Origin: an uncultured Eubacteriales bacterium
Lineage (GTDB): Bacteria > Bacillota_I > Bacilli_A > RF39 > UBA660
Direction: 5' to 3'
DNA length: 64,000 nucleotides
NCBI GenBank assembly: GCA_905211265.1
Contig: CAJMAC010000004.1
Coordinates: 41,976 to 105,975 of the forward strand
Position 1 is the first letter of the stretch; each line of letters starts with the position of its first letter. The notes below the pieces were generated by a model. It made no database searches, was not told the origin of the DNA, and saw only the letters and a list, made by a program, of their open reading frames with translations. Shown here one piece after another: positions 49,132-58,578 of this stretch. A program made the position numbers and the translations under genes.

Positions 49132-49857
49132 TTATTTTGTTTTTATTAAAAAATCTTTTATGTCTTGATTATCTTTATTATTGAAAAACTCTTCTTTTGG
49201 TCCATCAAATATGATTTTACCCTCTTTTATGAATAATATTCTTGTTGCCACTTCCTTTACAAAGTTTAACTCATGACTAACTATCATCATATTCATACCG
49301 GTAGTAGCTATTTTTTTAATTAATTCTAATACTTCTCTTGTCATTTGTGGATCTAATGAACTTGTTGGTTCATCAAATAGTAATAATTTTGGTTCCATCA
49401 TTAATGCTCTTACAATGGCAACCCTTTGTTGTTCTCCCCCTGATAAATTTATTGGTTTTTCATTTTCTTTAGTTAATAGTCCTATATCATTTAATAATTT
49501 TTCTCCTTTTTTATAGGCTTTTTCTTTGGTTAATAATCCTAGTTTTATAGGTACTAAGGTTATATTTTCAATTACTGTTAAATGAGAAAAAAGATTAAAT
49601 TGTTGAAATACCATACCAACATTCATTCTATATTTATTTATATCTATATTTTTTTTCATTATGTTGTATTTATCATATTTGATTATTCCAGATGTTGGTG
49701 GATCAATCATATTTATACATCTAAGCAGTGTTGATTTACCACTACCTGAGGGGCCTACGATTGCTATTATTTCCTTATCATGTACTTCAAAAGAAATATT
49801 TTTTAACACTTCTTTTTTCCCAAATTTTTTATTTATATTTTCTAACTTTAATAACAT
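49132..49857 (-). CDS. Polar amino-acid ABC transporter ATP-binding protein
   Basis: Walker A GPSGSGKST, LSGGEQQRVAI, LLLFDEPTSSLDP. 241 aa; GlnQ/ArtP-like. Confidence 0.9.
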   Translation of the reverse strand: MLLKLENINKKFGKKEVLKNISFEVHDKEIIAIVGPSGSGKSTLLRCINMIDPPTSGIIKYDKYNIMKKNIDINKYRMNVGMVFQQFNLFSHLTVIENITLVPIKLGLLTKEKAYKKGEKLLNDIGLLTKENEKPINLSGGEQQRVAIVRALMMEPKLLLFDEPTSSLDPQMTREVLELIKKIATTGMNMMIVSHELNFVKEVATRILFIKEGKIIFDGPKEEFFNNKDNQDIKDFLIKTK

Positions 49858-49858
49858 G

Positions 49859-50566
49859 TTATAACTTCCTTTCCATTAATTTTACTAACTTTGAAAGTCC
49901 TAATGTCATTATTAGATATATTATTGCTACAATTATTAATGGTACAAAATATTCATATGTACGAGAAGCAATAATATCTGATGCTTTAGTTAAATCCATT
50001 ATTCCAATATAACCTGCAACAGAAGTTTCTTTTAGCAACGTTATGAATTCATTACCCAATGCTGGTAATATATTTTTTATTGCTTGAGGCATAATTACAT
50101 AAATCATACTTTTTGAATAATTAAATCCTAATGAACGAGAAGCTTCCATTTGACCTTTACCTATTGAATTTATTCCAGACTTTATTATTTCTGATACATA
50201 TGCTGCAGAATTTAATCCAAATGCTATTATTCCTATGATAATACCATTTACTTCTACACTTTTAAATATTACATAATAGATTATCATTAATTGTAATAAA
50301 GCTGGTGTTCCTCTTATTATGCTTACATAAGTTTTACAAAGAAAATTTAAAACAGGTAGTTTTTTATTTTTTTCATAATTATCTTCTACTACGGCGATTA
50401 ATATACCTAATATAGTTCCTATAATTGTAGCAAAGAATGCCATTATTATAGTACTTTTTAATCCTTCAAGAATATATTTATATCTATCTTGGTATATTAA
50501 TGAATTATATAAACTATCTTTTATGCTATATAAACTATCTTTTATGCTATATAAGATATTATCCAT
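49859..50566 (-). CDS. Polar amino-acid ABC transporter permease (HisMQ/GlnP family)
   Basis: 235 aa with the EAS-loop region (EASRSLGFN). The N-terminus carries a duplicated heptapeptide. Confidence 0.88.
   Translation of the reverse strand: MDNILYSIKDSLYSIKDSLYNSLIYQDRYKYILEGLKSTIIMAFFATIIGTILGILIAVVEDNYEKNKKLPVLNFLCKTYVSIIRGTPALLQLMIIYYVIFKSVEVNGIIIGIIAFGLNSAAYVSEIIKSGINSIGKGQMEASRSLGFNYSKSMIYVIMPQAIKNILPALGNEFITLLKETSVAGYIGIMDLTKASDIIASRTYEYFVPLIIVAIIYLIMTLGLSKLVKLMERKL
50507..50554 (-). repeat. Perfect 21-bp tandem duplication inside the permease gene
   Basis: ATATAAACTATCTTTTATGCT occurs at 50507-50527 and again at 50528-50548, followed by a 6-nt partial third unit. It is in frame and encodes LYSIKDS-LYSIKDS. 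Confidence 0.9.
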
Positions 50567-50578
50567 GTTATACTCCTT

Positions 50579-51307
50579 TTATTTTGAGTATTTTACTATA
50601 TACTCATCTATTTTATTTTCACTCATTAACTTATTTAAAACATTATTTATAGTACTTAATAATTCTGTATTTCCTTTTTTTACTGCAATTCCATAAGAAT
50701 CTTCAGAGATAGAACCTTCTAATATTTTTAATTCATTACTACTTGCTACTATTTGTTCAGCTGGTAATTTATCCATAACTATTAAATCTATTTTATCTGA
50801 TTTTAAGTCCTCAACCATTGATAGGTATTTCTTTTGCCTTACTAATTCAGTGTTTGGATAGTTTTCTGATAGATATAAGTCTGCTACGCTTCCTAATTGT
50901 ACTGCTATTTTTTTATCATAAATATTATTTATTGAATTAATACTACTATTTTTCTTTACTATTACTACTTGTCTTGATGTTGTGTATTGTATTGAAAAGT
51001 CTACTTCTTTTAATCTTTCTTCGGTTATTGACATTCCTGCTAAAGCAAAATCTGCTTTTCCACTTTTTAATTCATTAATTATGGAATCAAAGGCAATATC
51101 TTTTACTATTAGTTTTTTACCTAAAGCATTTGCTATTTCATTTGCTATTTCTATGTCTACTCCTACTATTTCTCCATTTTCATAATACTCATATGGAGCA
51201 AATCCAGCTTCTGTTGCCATAACTATTTCGTTATCATTTTTCTTGCTACATCCTGTTAATGCTAATGTTGTAATTAATAATGCTATTACTATTATTGTTT
51301 TCTTCAT
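50579..51307 (-). CDS. Polar amino-acid ABC transporter substrate-binding lipoprotein
   Basis: Lipobox LALTGC. SBP_bac_3-type fold motifs (GFAPYEY.., DFALAGMSIT). Confidence 0.88.
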   Translation of the reverse strand: MKKTIIVIALLITTLALTGCSKKNDNEIVMATEAGFAPYEYYENGEIVGVDIEIANEIANALGKKLIVKDIAFDSIINELKSGKADFALAGMSITEERLKEVDFSIQYTTSRQVVIVKKNSSINSINNIYDKKIAVQLGSVADLYLSENYPNTELVRQKKYLSMVEDLKSDKIDLIVMDKLPAEQIVASSNELKILEGSISEDSYGIAVKKGNTELLSTINNVLNKLMSENKIDEYIVKYSK

Positions 51308-51331
51308 TTCATATCCTCTACTTTCTATTTA

Positions 51332-51360
51332 ATTTTATCATAAAATGTTAAGTCATGCAA
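51332..51360 (-). promoter_or_regulatory. Sigma-A promoter of the amino-acid ABC operon
   Basis: Minus strand: TTGCAT (51355-60), 17 nt, TAAAAT (51332-37). Confidence 0.55.
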
Positions 51361-51371
51361 TAAGATACGAG

Positions 51372-51402
51372 AAAAAAAGCCAAGAAATAAATCAAGGCTT
51401 TT
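51372..51402 (-). terminator. Putative intrinsic terminator after the second YfcC gene
   Basis: AAAAGCC(51375-81)/GGCTTTT(51396-402) form the stem. On the minus strand the T run continues past the stem. Confidence 0.5.
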
Positions 51403-51406
51403 GTTA

Positions 51407-52837
51407 CTATATTAATGCAATTATTAATACAACTGCAATTATTAGTATAAATAATGCTAAAATAAATCTCCAAATGTATTTTAACCATGTAGTATATGGA
51501 ACATCTAAATAAGATAATGCAAATATTAACATTAAACTTGTTGGTCCAACAATACTGATTAATCCATATAATGATTGGAATGATAAGGCAAGTGGAGCTA
51601 GCATAGTTTCATCTGATACTGCTTTTAATACTGGAGTAAATACTCCTGCTACTGCGTAGTATAAATCAACATGAAGTAGGCTACCAAACATATTAATTAA
51701 TGTTGCTACTGCAAAGTTAATATCGCCATTTTTACTAGCATTAGTAATTAATGTTTCAATGAAACCATTATTATATGTACATACTAATACTGTAAATGCT
51801 ACCATAAGTAACATTGCTGTTGGTAGCATTTTCTTTGCACCTTCAACCATGCCATCTAGCATATCATCAAATTTAACTTTATAAACAAATTTGATAATTA
51901 ATAATGCTATTAACATAATTACCATAAGCATCATATAACTTCCTAATTCTCCCCAAGAACCAAATGCTGGGAATATACTTGAAATTATATTTGTGAATAT
52001 TGTGAAGTCCTTAATATTTAATCCTGTTACACTTTCATGGAATTTAGTAAATACTTCAATTTTAAATAGTGAATTCCATGGTACTAATCCTAATACTAAT
52101 AGTACAAATAATACTGATAGTACTGTAACAAGTGGCCATGTTTTAATATCTTTATAATTACCTTTTACTTCTGTAATTAAGATATCTCCACTATTATCAT
52201 TTAATTCATATTTTACTTTTTTAGCTTCTACATTATCAATATGTTTTTTAACAAACATAATTAATAATCCTATTCCTAAAAGAAGTATTAATAAGTGTGG
52301 TAATAGATTAGTAAAATCATCTATTCCTACGAATCTTTCAAATGTTGTTAATGTATAAGAATATGCATTTGGATCTCTGAATGTTACAAATAATCCTCCA
52401 ACAAATCCTACTAATATTGCTACAACAGTTGAAGATATTGCTACTAGTTTATCATAACCTAATAGTAATATAATTGATATTACAAATGGTACGAATACCA
52501 AAAGTGGTAATGTTAAACCAGTTAATGATGCTACTACTGCAAATACTATTATTGTAGTAAAGATAAATTTTTTACTTGCAGGTTTTGCTTTTTTAACTAT
52601 ACTATCTAATAGTTTTTTATAAGCACCTGTTTTATTTAGTACTCCATAGAATGCACCAATAATAATCATAAATACTACTGTATCAAAGAAATAGTAATAT
52701 GATTGAATGTAATTAGTTATAATATCACCAAATGGTAAATAACTAACTGCTCCTGCTCTTGCTGGGATAAAGTATGTTAATACTAATACTAATAATAATA
52801 CAATTCCCATTGTTTTAAGTAAACTGTGTTTTTTCAT
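51407..52837 (-). CDS. YfcC/ArcD-family carrier, second paralog
   Basis: 476 aa with ~12 TM segments. Same family architecture as 43087-44526 but clearly diverged. Confidence 0.75.
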   Translation of the reverse strand: MKKHSLLKTMGIVLLLVLVLTYFIPARAGAVSYLPFGDIITNYIQSYYYFFDTVVFMIIIGAFYGVLNKTGAYKKLLDSIVKKAKPASKKFIFTTIIVFAVVASLTGLTLPLLVFVPFVISIILLLGYDKLVAISSTVVAILVGFVGGLFVTFRDPNAYSYTLTTFERFVGIDDFTNLLPHLLILLLGIGLLIMFVKKHIDNVEAKKVKYELNDNSGDILITEVKGNYKDIKTWPLVTVLSVLFVLLVLGLVPWNSLFKIEVFTKFHESVTGLNIKDFTIFTNIISSIFPAFGSWGELGSYMMLMVIMLIALLIIKFVYKVKFDDMLDGMVEGAKKMLPTAMLLMVAFTVLVCTYNNGFIETLITNASKNGDINFAVATLINMFGSLLHVDLYYAVAGVFTPVLKAVSDETMLAPLALSFQSLYGLISIVGPTSLMLIFALSYLDVPYTTWLKYIWRFILALFILIIAVVLIIALI

Positions 52838-52856
52838 TTTATGACCTCCTACTAAT

Positions 52857-52865
52857 GATTATACC
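52857..52865 (-). promoter_or_regulatory. Extended -10 element upstream of the second YfcC gene
   Basis: The minus strand reads TGGTATAAT about 20 nt upstream of RBS AGGAGG. Confidence 0.4.
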
Positions 52866-52920
52866 ACAAAATATGGTAATTTCACTATTATTTACTTGTT
52901 GTTAACTTTTTTAGATGTTT

Positions 52921-54825
52921 TTAATATAATTTTGCTCCTGCTGGAATATGTTCATCAACCATAATAAGATGAAGTTCTTCTTCTTCTGAGTCTTTAAGAT
53001 TATTTACTGCTGAAAGTAACATACCACATGAGTCAATTCCCATCATTGGTCGTGGTGGAAGGTTGGTAATTGCAATAAGTGTCTTTCCAACAAGTTCTTC
53101 TGGTTCATAGTATGCATGAATACCAGAAAGTATTATTCTATCAACTCCTGTTCCATCATCAAGAGTAAATTGTAAAAGTTTTTTGCTTTTTGGTACTGCA
53201 ATACATTCTTTTACTTTTACTGCTCTAAAATCTGACTTTGAAAATGTATCAAAATCAACTGTTTCTTCAAATAAAGGTTCAATCTTAACATTTGAAAAAT
53301 CTATTTTTTTAGTTATTGGTTGTTCATAGTTTTCGTAAGTATTACTACCAAAATCTCTTTTTTGTTTATTTTTCATTTGTGGGAATAAAACTACATCTCT
53401 TATTGATGGTTGATTATATATTATCATCATTAATCTATCTATTCCAAATCCTAATCCTGAAATTGGTGGCATACCTTGTTCCATCGCTTGTAAGAAACTT
53501 TCATCTAATTCCATAGTTTCATCGTCACCTTGTGCTTTTGCTTTTAATTGATCTTCAAAATTAGATCTTTGGATAAATGGATTTACTAACTCTGAATATG
53601 CCTTACATAATTCAGTTCCACATACTAATACTTGGAATACATCAATTAATCTATTATCTTTATCATTTCTTCTGGCAAGTGGTATTAATACTGCTGGATA
53701 ATTATATATAATTGTAGGTTCTATAATATGTTCTCTTATTAATTTTTTGTATGAGAAATCAATTATTTGACTAAGTGATTTATAATCTGTTAAATCTTCA
53801 TAAGTAAATAAATGTTTTTCTACTATTTTATCTTTTAATTCTTGTGGATCATTTATACTTAAAAAGTCAAATCCTAATACTTTTGTTAATTCTTCAACAT
53901 AGTTAATTCTATTCCAATTTTCTTTGCCAAAGTCAATTACATTTCCTTGATATTCAATAACTGTTGTACCTTTTAATTCTATAAGTAGACTTTTAATAAA
54001 ATTTTGATAGAATCTTATATTATCTTCAAAATTCCAATATGAAGCATACCATTCTACTTGAGTAAATTCTTGTAAATGTTCTGTATCCATTCCTTCATTT
54101 CTAAAACATTTTGCTACTTCATATACTCTATCAAATCCTCCGGCAATACATTGTTTTAAGTATGTTTCTGGTGCTATTCTTAAATTACAATCCATATCTA
54201 GGGCATTATGATGTGTATAGAATGGTTTTGCACTTGCACCACATACAGCATTTTGTAATATTGGTGTTTCTACTTCAAGGAATCCGTTTTCTCCTAAAAA
54301 TTTATGAATAAAAGCATATAATTTGCTTCTTCCTACGAATACTTCTCTTGACTCGGCATTCATAATTAAATCTACATATCTTTGACGATATTTTAATTCT
54401 GTATCTGTTAATCCATGAAATTTTTCAGGAAGTGGTCTTAATGCTTTTCCTAAGAATTCAAAACATGATACTCTTAGAGTTTTTTCGCCTGTTTGAGTAG
54501 TAAATATTTCTCCTTCTGCGCCAATGAAATCACCAGTATCTATCTGTTTTTTAAAGAATTCATAATTACTTTCTCCAACCATATCTATTTTAATTTCTAA
54601 TTGCATATCTGCTTCTATATCTCTAATACGAACAAAACTTAATTTACCCATTTTACGCATAAATACTATTCTTCCTGCAATTCTTACATCTTTTGTACCA
54701 TCTTCAAGTAATCTTGCTTCTTTTAGTCTATGTGTTCTTTCATATTTTTCTGGATATGGATTACATGTTTCTCTTATTTTATCTAACTTTTCTATTCTTA
54801 CTAATTCTTGTTCTGTTCTTTCCAT
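52921..54825 (-). CDS. lysS: Lysine--tRNA ligase (class II) fused to a C-terminal Trbp111/CsaA/MetRS-C-type tRNA-binding OB domain
   Basis: Residues 1-~480 show the LysRS layout: an OB anticodon-binding domain, motif 2 FRNEGMD..EFTQVEWY, and motif 3 GLGFGIDRLMM. The last ~110 aa read FRAVKVKECIAVPKSKKLLQFTLDDGTG..LSGI..YEPEELVGKTLIAITNLPPRPMMGIDSCGMLLSA, a tRNA_bind signature. Confidence 0.85.
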   Translation of the reverse strand: MERTEQELVRIEKLDKIRETCNPYPEKYERTHRLKEARLLEDGTKDVRIAGRIVFMRKMGKLSFVRIRDIEADMQLEIKIDMVGESNYEFFKKQIDTGDFIGAEGEIFTTQTGEKTLRVSCFEFLGKALRPLPEKFHGLTDTELKYRQRYVDLIMNAESREVFVGRSKLYAFIHKFLGENGFLEVETPILQNAVCGASAKPFYTHHNALDMDCNLRIAPETYLKQCIAGGFDRVYEVAKCFRNEGMDTEHLQEFTQVEWYASYWNFEDNIRFYQNFIKSLLIELKGTTVIEYQGNVIDFGKENWNRINYVEELTKVLGFDFLSINDPQELKDKIVEKHLFTYEDLTDYKSLSQIIDFSYKKLIREHIIEPTIIYNYPAVLIPLARRNDKDNRLIDVFQVLVCGTELCKAYSELVNPFIQRSNFEDQLKAKAQGDDETMELDESFLQAMEQGMPPISGLGFGIDRLMMIIYNQPSIRDVVLFPQMKNKQKRDFGSNTYENYEQPITKKIDFSNVKIEPLFEETVDFDTFSKSDFRAVKVKECIAVPKSKKLLQFTLDDGTGVDRIILSGIHAYYEPEELVGKTLIAITNLPPRPMMGIDSCGMLLSAVNNLKDSEEEELHLIMVDEHIPAGAKLY

Positions 54826-54826
54826 T

Positions 54827-55417
54827 CTAATTACCTCTTTCTTCTAATACTTCTGTGTGTGCTATTATGTCATGTAGTCCTAATTTATCTTTTCTATATA
54901 GTACAAATAATGCTGAAACAAATATAAACATTGTTTCTATCATTTGAACAATACTATATCCTAAATAGTAAGTATTCTGTTTTAATACAAATATAAAGAT
55001 TATTCCAATTAATCCACTAAAAATACTATCTATTAAAATACTTCTTATTATCATTGATTTTAGACTAGGGTCTTTGCCATTTTCTACTACTTTTATTTTA
55101 AGTAATTTTTTACCTAATGTTTGTCCTTTATTTAAATATTGAAATACTATAAAATATGCTATTGATAGGCCAACATTTATTCCTGTTACCAATACACTTG
55201 ATTTATTCATAGTATACATTAATGGGGAAATATCATCTAAATATTCTCCTATCGTGATTTCTTGTGCCATATATTTTTCATTTAATTCTAAATATTTATT
55301 GTAGGCATCATCATATTCTTTGGAAGTCATACCTGTTGTTGTTATTGCTACTATTATTGTTAAAAATATTGTATCAAGTAAGTATGCTCCAAGTCGTTTG
55401 AAAAAACTTGCTTTCAT
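54827..55417 (-). CDS. RDD-family membrane protein
   Basis: 196 aa. N-terminus FFKRLGAYLLDTIFL and C-terminus LGLHDIIAHT are typical RDD features. Confidence 0.8.
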   Translation of the reverse strand: MKASFFKRLGAYLLDTIFLTIIVAITTTGMTSKEYDDAYNKYLELNEKYMAQEITIGEYLDDISPLMYTMNKSSVLVTGINVGLSIAYFIVFQYLNKGQTLGKKLLKIKVVENGKDPSLKSMIIRSILIDSIFSGLIGIIFIFVLKQNTYYLGYSIVQMIETMFIFVSALFVLYRKDKLGLHDIIAHTEVLEERGN

Positions 55418-55446
55418 TTTATTCCTTCTTTCTTTATAATATATTA

Positions 55447-56430
55447 TTATATAATATTTTTTAATTCTTTTAAATAGTTATTTAGTATTTTTTCTAATTC
55501 TTTTATTGTGGTTGCTTTAAAGCATTGATTTTTTACTTCTGTGGAGTTTGGTAATCCTTTTAAATACCATGCTATATGACTACGAAGTTCTAAGACTGAT
55601 ACTTTTTCATTTTTTATTTTCCTTAGATATTCTAAGTGGTGAAAACACATATTTATTCTTTCTTCATATGTTGGTTTAGAAATCACTATTCCTTTATCTA
55701 AGTATTCTACTATTTCTTTTATTAACCATGGATTACCTAGACAACCTCTTCCTATCATAATAGCATCACATTTAGTATATTCTAACATATGTTTTGCACT
55801 TTCTATATCTACTATGTCACCATTACCTATTACTGGTATAGATACTGCTTCTTTTACTTTTTTTATTATGTCTAAGTCTGCTTTACCTGTATAACCTTGA
55901 CTTCTAGTTCTAGGATGTACAGTTATTGCTTTGGCTCCTGACTCTTCAATTATTTTAGCTACTTCAACGGCATTAATACTTTTGGAATCCCAACCACTTC
56001 TTATTTTTACTGTAACTGGTATTGGTACAGCATTAACAACTGATGTTACTATTTCTCTTATTTTCTCAGGATTTTTTAATAAGGCTGAACCTGCTTGTGA
56101 TTTAACTGCTACTTTTGGTACAGGGCAGCCCATATTTATATCAATTATATCTGGTTTCATTACTTCATATACTGTTTTAGCAGCTTCTACAAAAGTATCT
56201 ACATCACTTCCAAATATCTGTTGGGCAATTGGTCGTTCTTCTTCTTCAAAATAAAGCATATCATAAGTTTTTTTACTATTATATACTAATGCTTTATCAC
56301 TTACCATTTCAGCATATATTAGTCCACAACCCATTTCTTTAATTATTTTTCTAAATGCACTATTACATACTCCTGCCATGGGAGCTAATACTACATTATT
56401 TTTTAATTCTATATTTCCTATTTTAAACAT
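55447..56430 (-). CDS. dusB: tRNA-dihydrouridine synthase
   Basis: VVLAPMAGVCNSAFR, INMGCP, and a TIM-barrel FMN enzyme of 327 aa. Confidence 0.9.
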   Translation of the reverse strand: MFKIGNIELKNNVVLAPMAGVCNSAFRKIIKEMGCGLIYAEMVSDKALVYNSKKTYDMLYFEEEERPIAQQIFGSDVDTFVEAAKTVYEVMKPDIIDINMGCPVPKVAVKSQAGSALLKNPEKIREIVTSVVNAVPIPVTVKIRSGWDSKSINAVEVAKIIEESGAKAITVHPRTRSQGYTGKADLDIIKKVKEAVSIPVIGNGDIVDIESAKHMLEYTKCDAIMIGRGCLGNPWLIKEIVEYLDKGIVISKPTYEERINMCFHHLEYLRKIKNEKVSVLELRSHIAWYLKGLPNSTEVKNQCFKATTIKELEKILNNYLKELKNII

Positions 56431-56436
56431 AATTAC

Positions 56437-57288
56437 CTACCTATAAAACTCTTCTGGCGTTTTAGCACTTATTGTTAATAATTTATTAGTTCTAGGGTCA
56501 ATTAATTCTAACTTACTTGCATGTAACATCATTCTATTAGATTTTACTTTTGAACCATATTTTTTATCTCCAATTATGGGATTACCATTTTCACTAAAAT
56601 GTACTCTTATTTGATTTCTTCTTCCTGTTAAGATATTTACTTCTACTAGGGTTTTATCTTTAAATTTCTTTAATACTTTATATAATGTAATTGCTTCTTT
56701 TCCTGTTTTATCTTTACTTGAATATACTTTTCCTAATTTGTTCTCTTTTAAATATGTATGAAATTTACCTTCATTAGGTATGGTACCTTCTACTTGAGCT
56801 AGATATATTCTTTTTTTAACTATATCATTCCAATTATCTTGAAATAATTTTTTAGTTTTTTCATTTTTAGCAAACATTAATACTCCAGATGTTTCTTCAT
56901 CCAAGCGATGTATTACAAATAAATATACTTTAGGATTAAGACTTCTTACATATTCACGAACTAATTTAAATGCTGTTAGTTCTTTTTCTTTAGAATTGGA
57001 AATTGATAATAATCCACAGGGTTTGTTGATAACTATAATGTCTTTATCCTCATATAAAATATCTATATTTACATCATCAATTAATCTTCTTTTATAATAT
57101 ATTGTTACTATATCTTTATTTTTTAATTCATAGTTAGAGTTTGTTACTACTTTATTATTTACTTCGACCATATTATATTTTATGTATTGTTTTATCTTTT
57201 TTTTAGATAAATCTTGTTTGTTTAATGAAATAAAATCTAATAATGTAATATTATTTTTAACTATTAATTTTTCACAATTTTCATTCAT
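56437..57288 (-). CDS. RluA-family pseudouridine synthase with N-terminal S4 domain
   Basis: Catalytic motif HRLDEETSGVLMFAK and GRRNQIRVH. 283 aa. Confidence 0.88.
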   Translation of the reverse strand: MNENCEKLIVKNNITLLDFISLNKQDLSKKKIKQYIKYNMVEVNNKVVTNSNYELKNKDIVTIYYKRRLIDDVNIDILYEDKDIIVINKPCGLLSISNSKEKELTAFKLVREYVRSLNPKVYLFVIHRLDEETSGVLMFAKNEKTKKLFQDNWNDIVKKRIYLAQVEGTIPNEGKFHTYLKENKLGKVYSSKDKTGKEAITLYKVLKKFKDKTLVEVNILTGRRNQIRVHFSENGNPIIGDKKYGSKVKSNRMMLHASKLELIDPRTNKLLTISAKTPEEFYR

Positions 57289-57358
57289 AATATTCCTTCT
57301 TTTCTTTTTAGTATTTTATCATATATTTAGATATTTTTAAAGATTTTTATGTAAATTA

Positions 57359-57393
57359 GAAAAAATAATTGTATTTTATTTTATACAATTATT
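57359..57393 (-). terminator. Intrinsic terminator of rlmH
   Basis: AATAATTGTAT(57364-74)/ATACAATTATT(57383-93) form an 11-bp stem with an 8-nt loop, followed on the minus strand by TTTTT. The stop codon lies inside the stem. Confidence 0.65.
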
Positions 57394-57823
57394 TATGATA
57401 GGATTCATTATTTAATATTTTAAAACTGCGATATATTTGTTCTAATAATATCAGTCTAAATAAACCATGTGGAAATGTCATTTTGGAAAATGATAAGCTA
57501 TAATTACTTAGATTTTTTATTTCTTGATGTAATCCTTCAGAACCTCCAATTATAAAGGTAATGTTAGGATTAGTTATAAATATTTTATCTAATTTATTGG
57601 CTAATTCTACGGAAGATATATTATTTCCTTCGATATCTAATGTTATTATGTAATCTTTTGGATTAATCTTTTTAAGAATTAATTCTTTTTCATTTGATAT
57701 ATTTGAATCAGGTAATTCAATTAGTTCTAATTTATGATATTTATTTATTCTATTTAGATAATCATTTATACCTTCTTTTAGATAATATTCTTTTAATTTT
57801 CCTATGCAAATTATTTTTATCAT
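57389..57823 (-). CDS. rlmH: 23S rRNA (pseudouridine1915-N3)-methyltransferase
   Basis: 144 aa SPOUT protein (MIKIICIGKLKE.., FIIGGSEG, LSFSKMTFPH). Confidence 0.9.
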   Translation of the reverse strand: MIKIICIGKLKEYYLKEGINDYLNRINKYHKLELIELPDSNISNEKELILKKINPKDYIITLDIEGNNISSVELANKLDKIFITNPNITFIIGGSEGLHQEIKNLSNYSLSFSKMTFPHGLFRLILLEQIYRSFKILNNESYHK

Positions 57824-58578
57824 ATTTCTATCAAACTCGTTTCTACATTTTGTGAGGTAACAATTATGTTATCTACATGTTTGTTTTCATTATTTAGTCT
57901 ATCTATTAATGTATTATATGCTAAGTCGCTTGTGTTATTTTCTTCGGATAAATGTGCTAATAAAATATATTTAGTTTTATCTCCGATAAATTCAGATAAG
58001 TACTTAGCAGAATCATAGTTTGATAAGTGCCCTTTATCAGATAATATTCTTTTTCTTAGACTAAATGAATACCTACTATTATTTAACATTTCTATATCAT
58101 GATTACTTTCAAAAATATACAAGTCTCTATTTTTTAAAATGTCATGATACTTTACATTTATGTATCCTGTATCTGTTACATACACTACTGATTTACTATT
58201 GTTTGATAAGATAAATCCTCTTGAATCTGGGGCATCGTGTGATGTTTTTATCATGTCAACTGTTATATCTTTTATTGTAAAGTTACTTTCGTCAATTAAT
58301 GTATAATTTTCGACAAATGGTAAATCTGGTTGCATTTTTGGGGTCATATATACTTTAGTATTAAATTTGTGTAAAAATACTTTTAATCCATTTATATGAT
58401 CTGCATGAGTATGACTAATTAATATGCCATCAATTTCTTTTGGATCTATATCTATTTCCTTTAATTTTTCACAAATATATTTGCAAGTATTTCCACAGTC
58501 AAGTAGTAGTTTGGTATTTTCTGTTTCTACAAAAGTTGTATTTCCTTTACTACCACTAGATAATACTTCTACTTTCAT
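57820..58578 (-). CDS. MBL-fold metallo-hydrolase, YycJ/WalJ-like
   Basis: SSGSKGN and HTHADH motifs. 252 aa. Sits next to rlmH as in other Bacillota. Confidence 0.85.
   Translation of the reverse strand: MKVEVLSSGSKGNTTFVETENTKLLLDCGNTCKYICEKLKEIDIDPKEIDGILISHTHADHINGLKVFLHKFNTKVYMTPKMQPDLPFVENYTLIDESNFTIKDITVDMIKTSHDAPDSRGFILSNNSKSVVYVTDTGYINVKYHDILKNRDLYIFESNHDIEMLNNSRYSFSLRKRILSDKGHLSNYDSAKYLSEFIGDKTKYILLAHLSEENNTSDLAYNTLIDRLNNENKHVDNIIVTSQNVETSLIEI

Noticed and set aside
50507-50554. A short perfect direct repeat, considered as a possible CRISPR or minisatellite.
   Set aside because: There are only two and a bit contiguous units with no spacers, inside a coding region and in frame. It is a simple tandem duplication.
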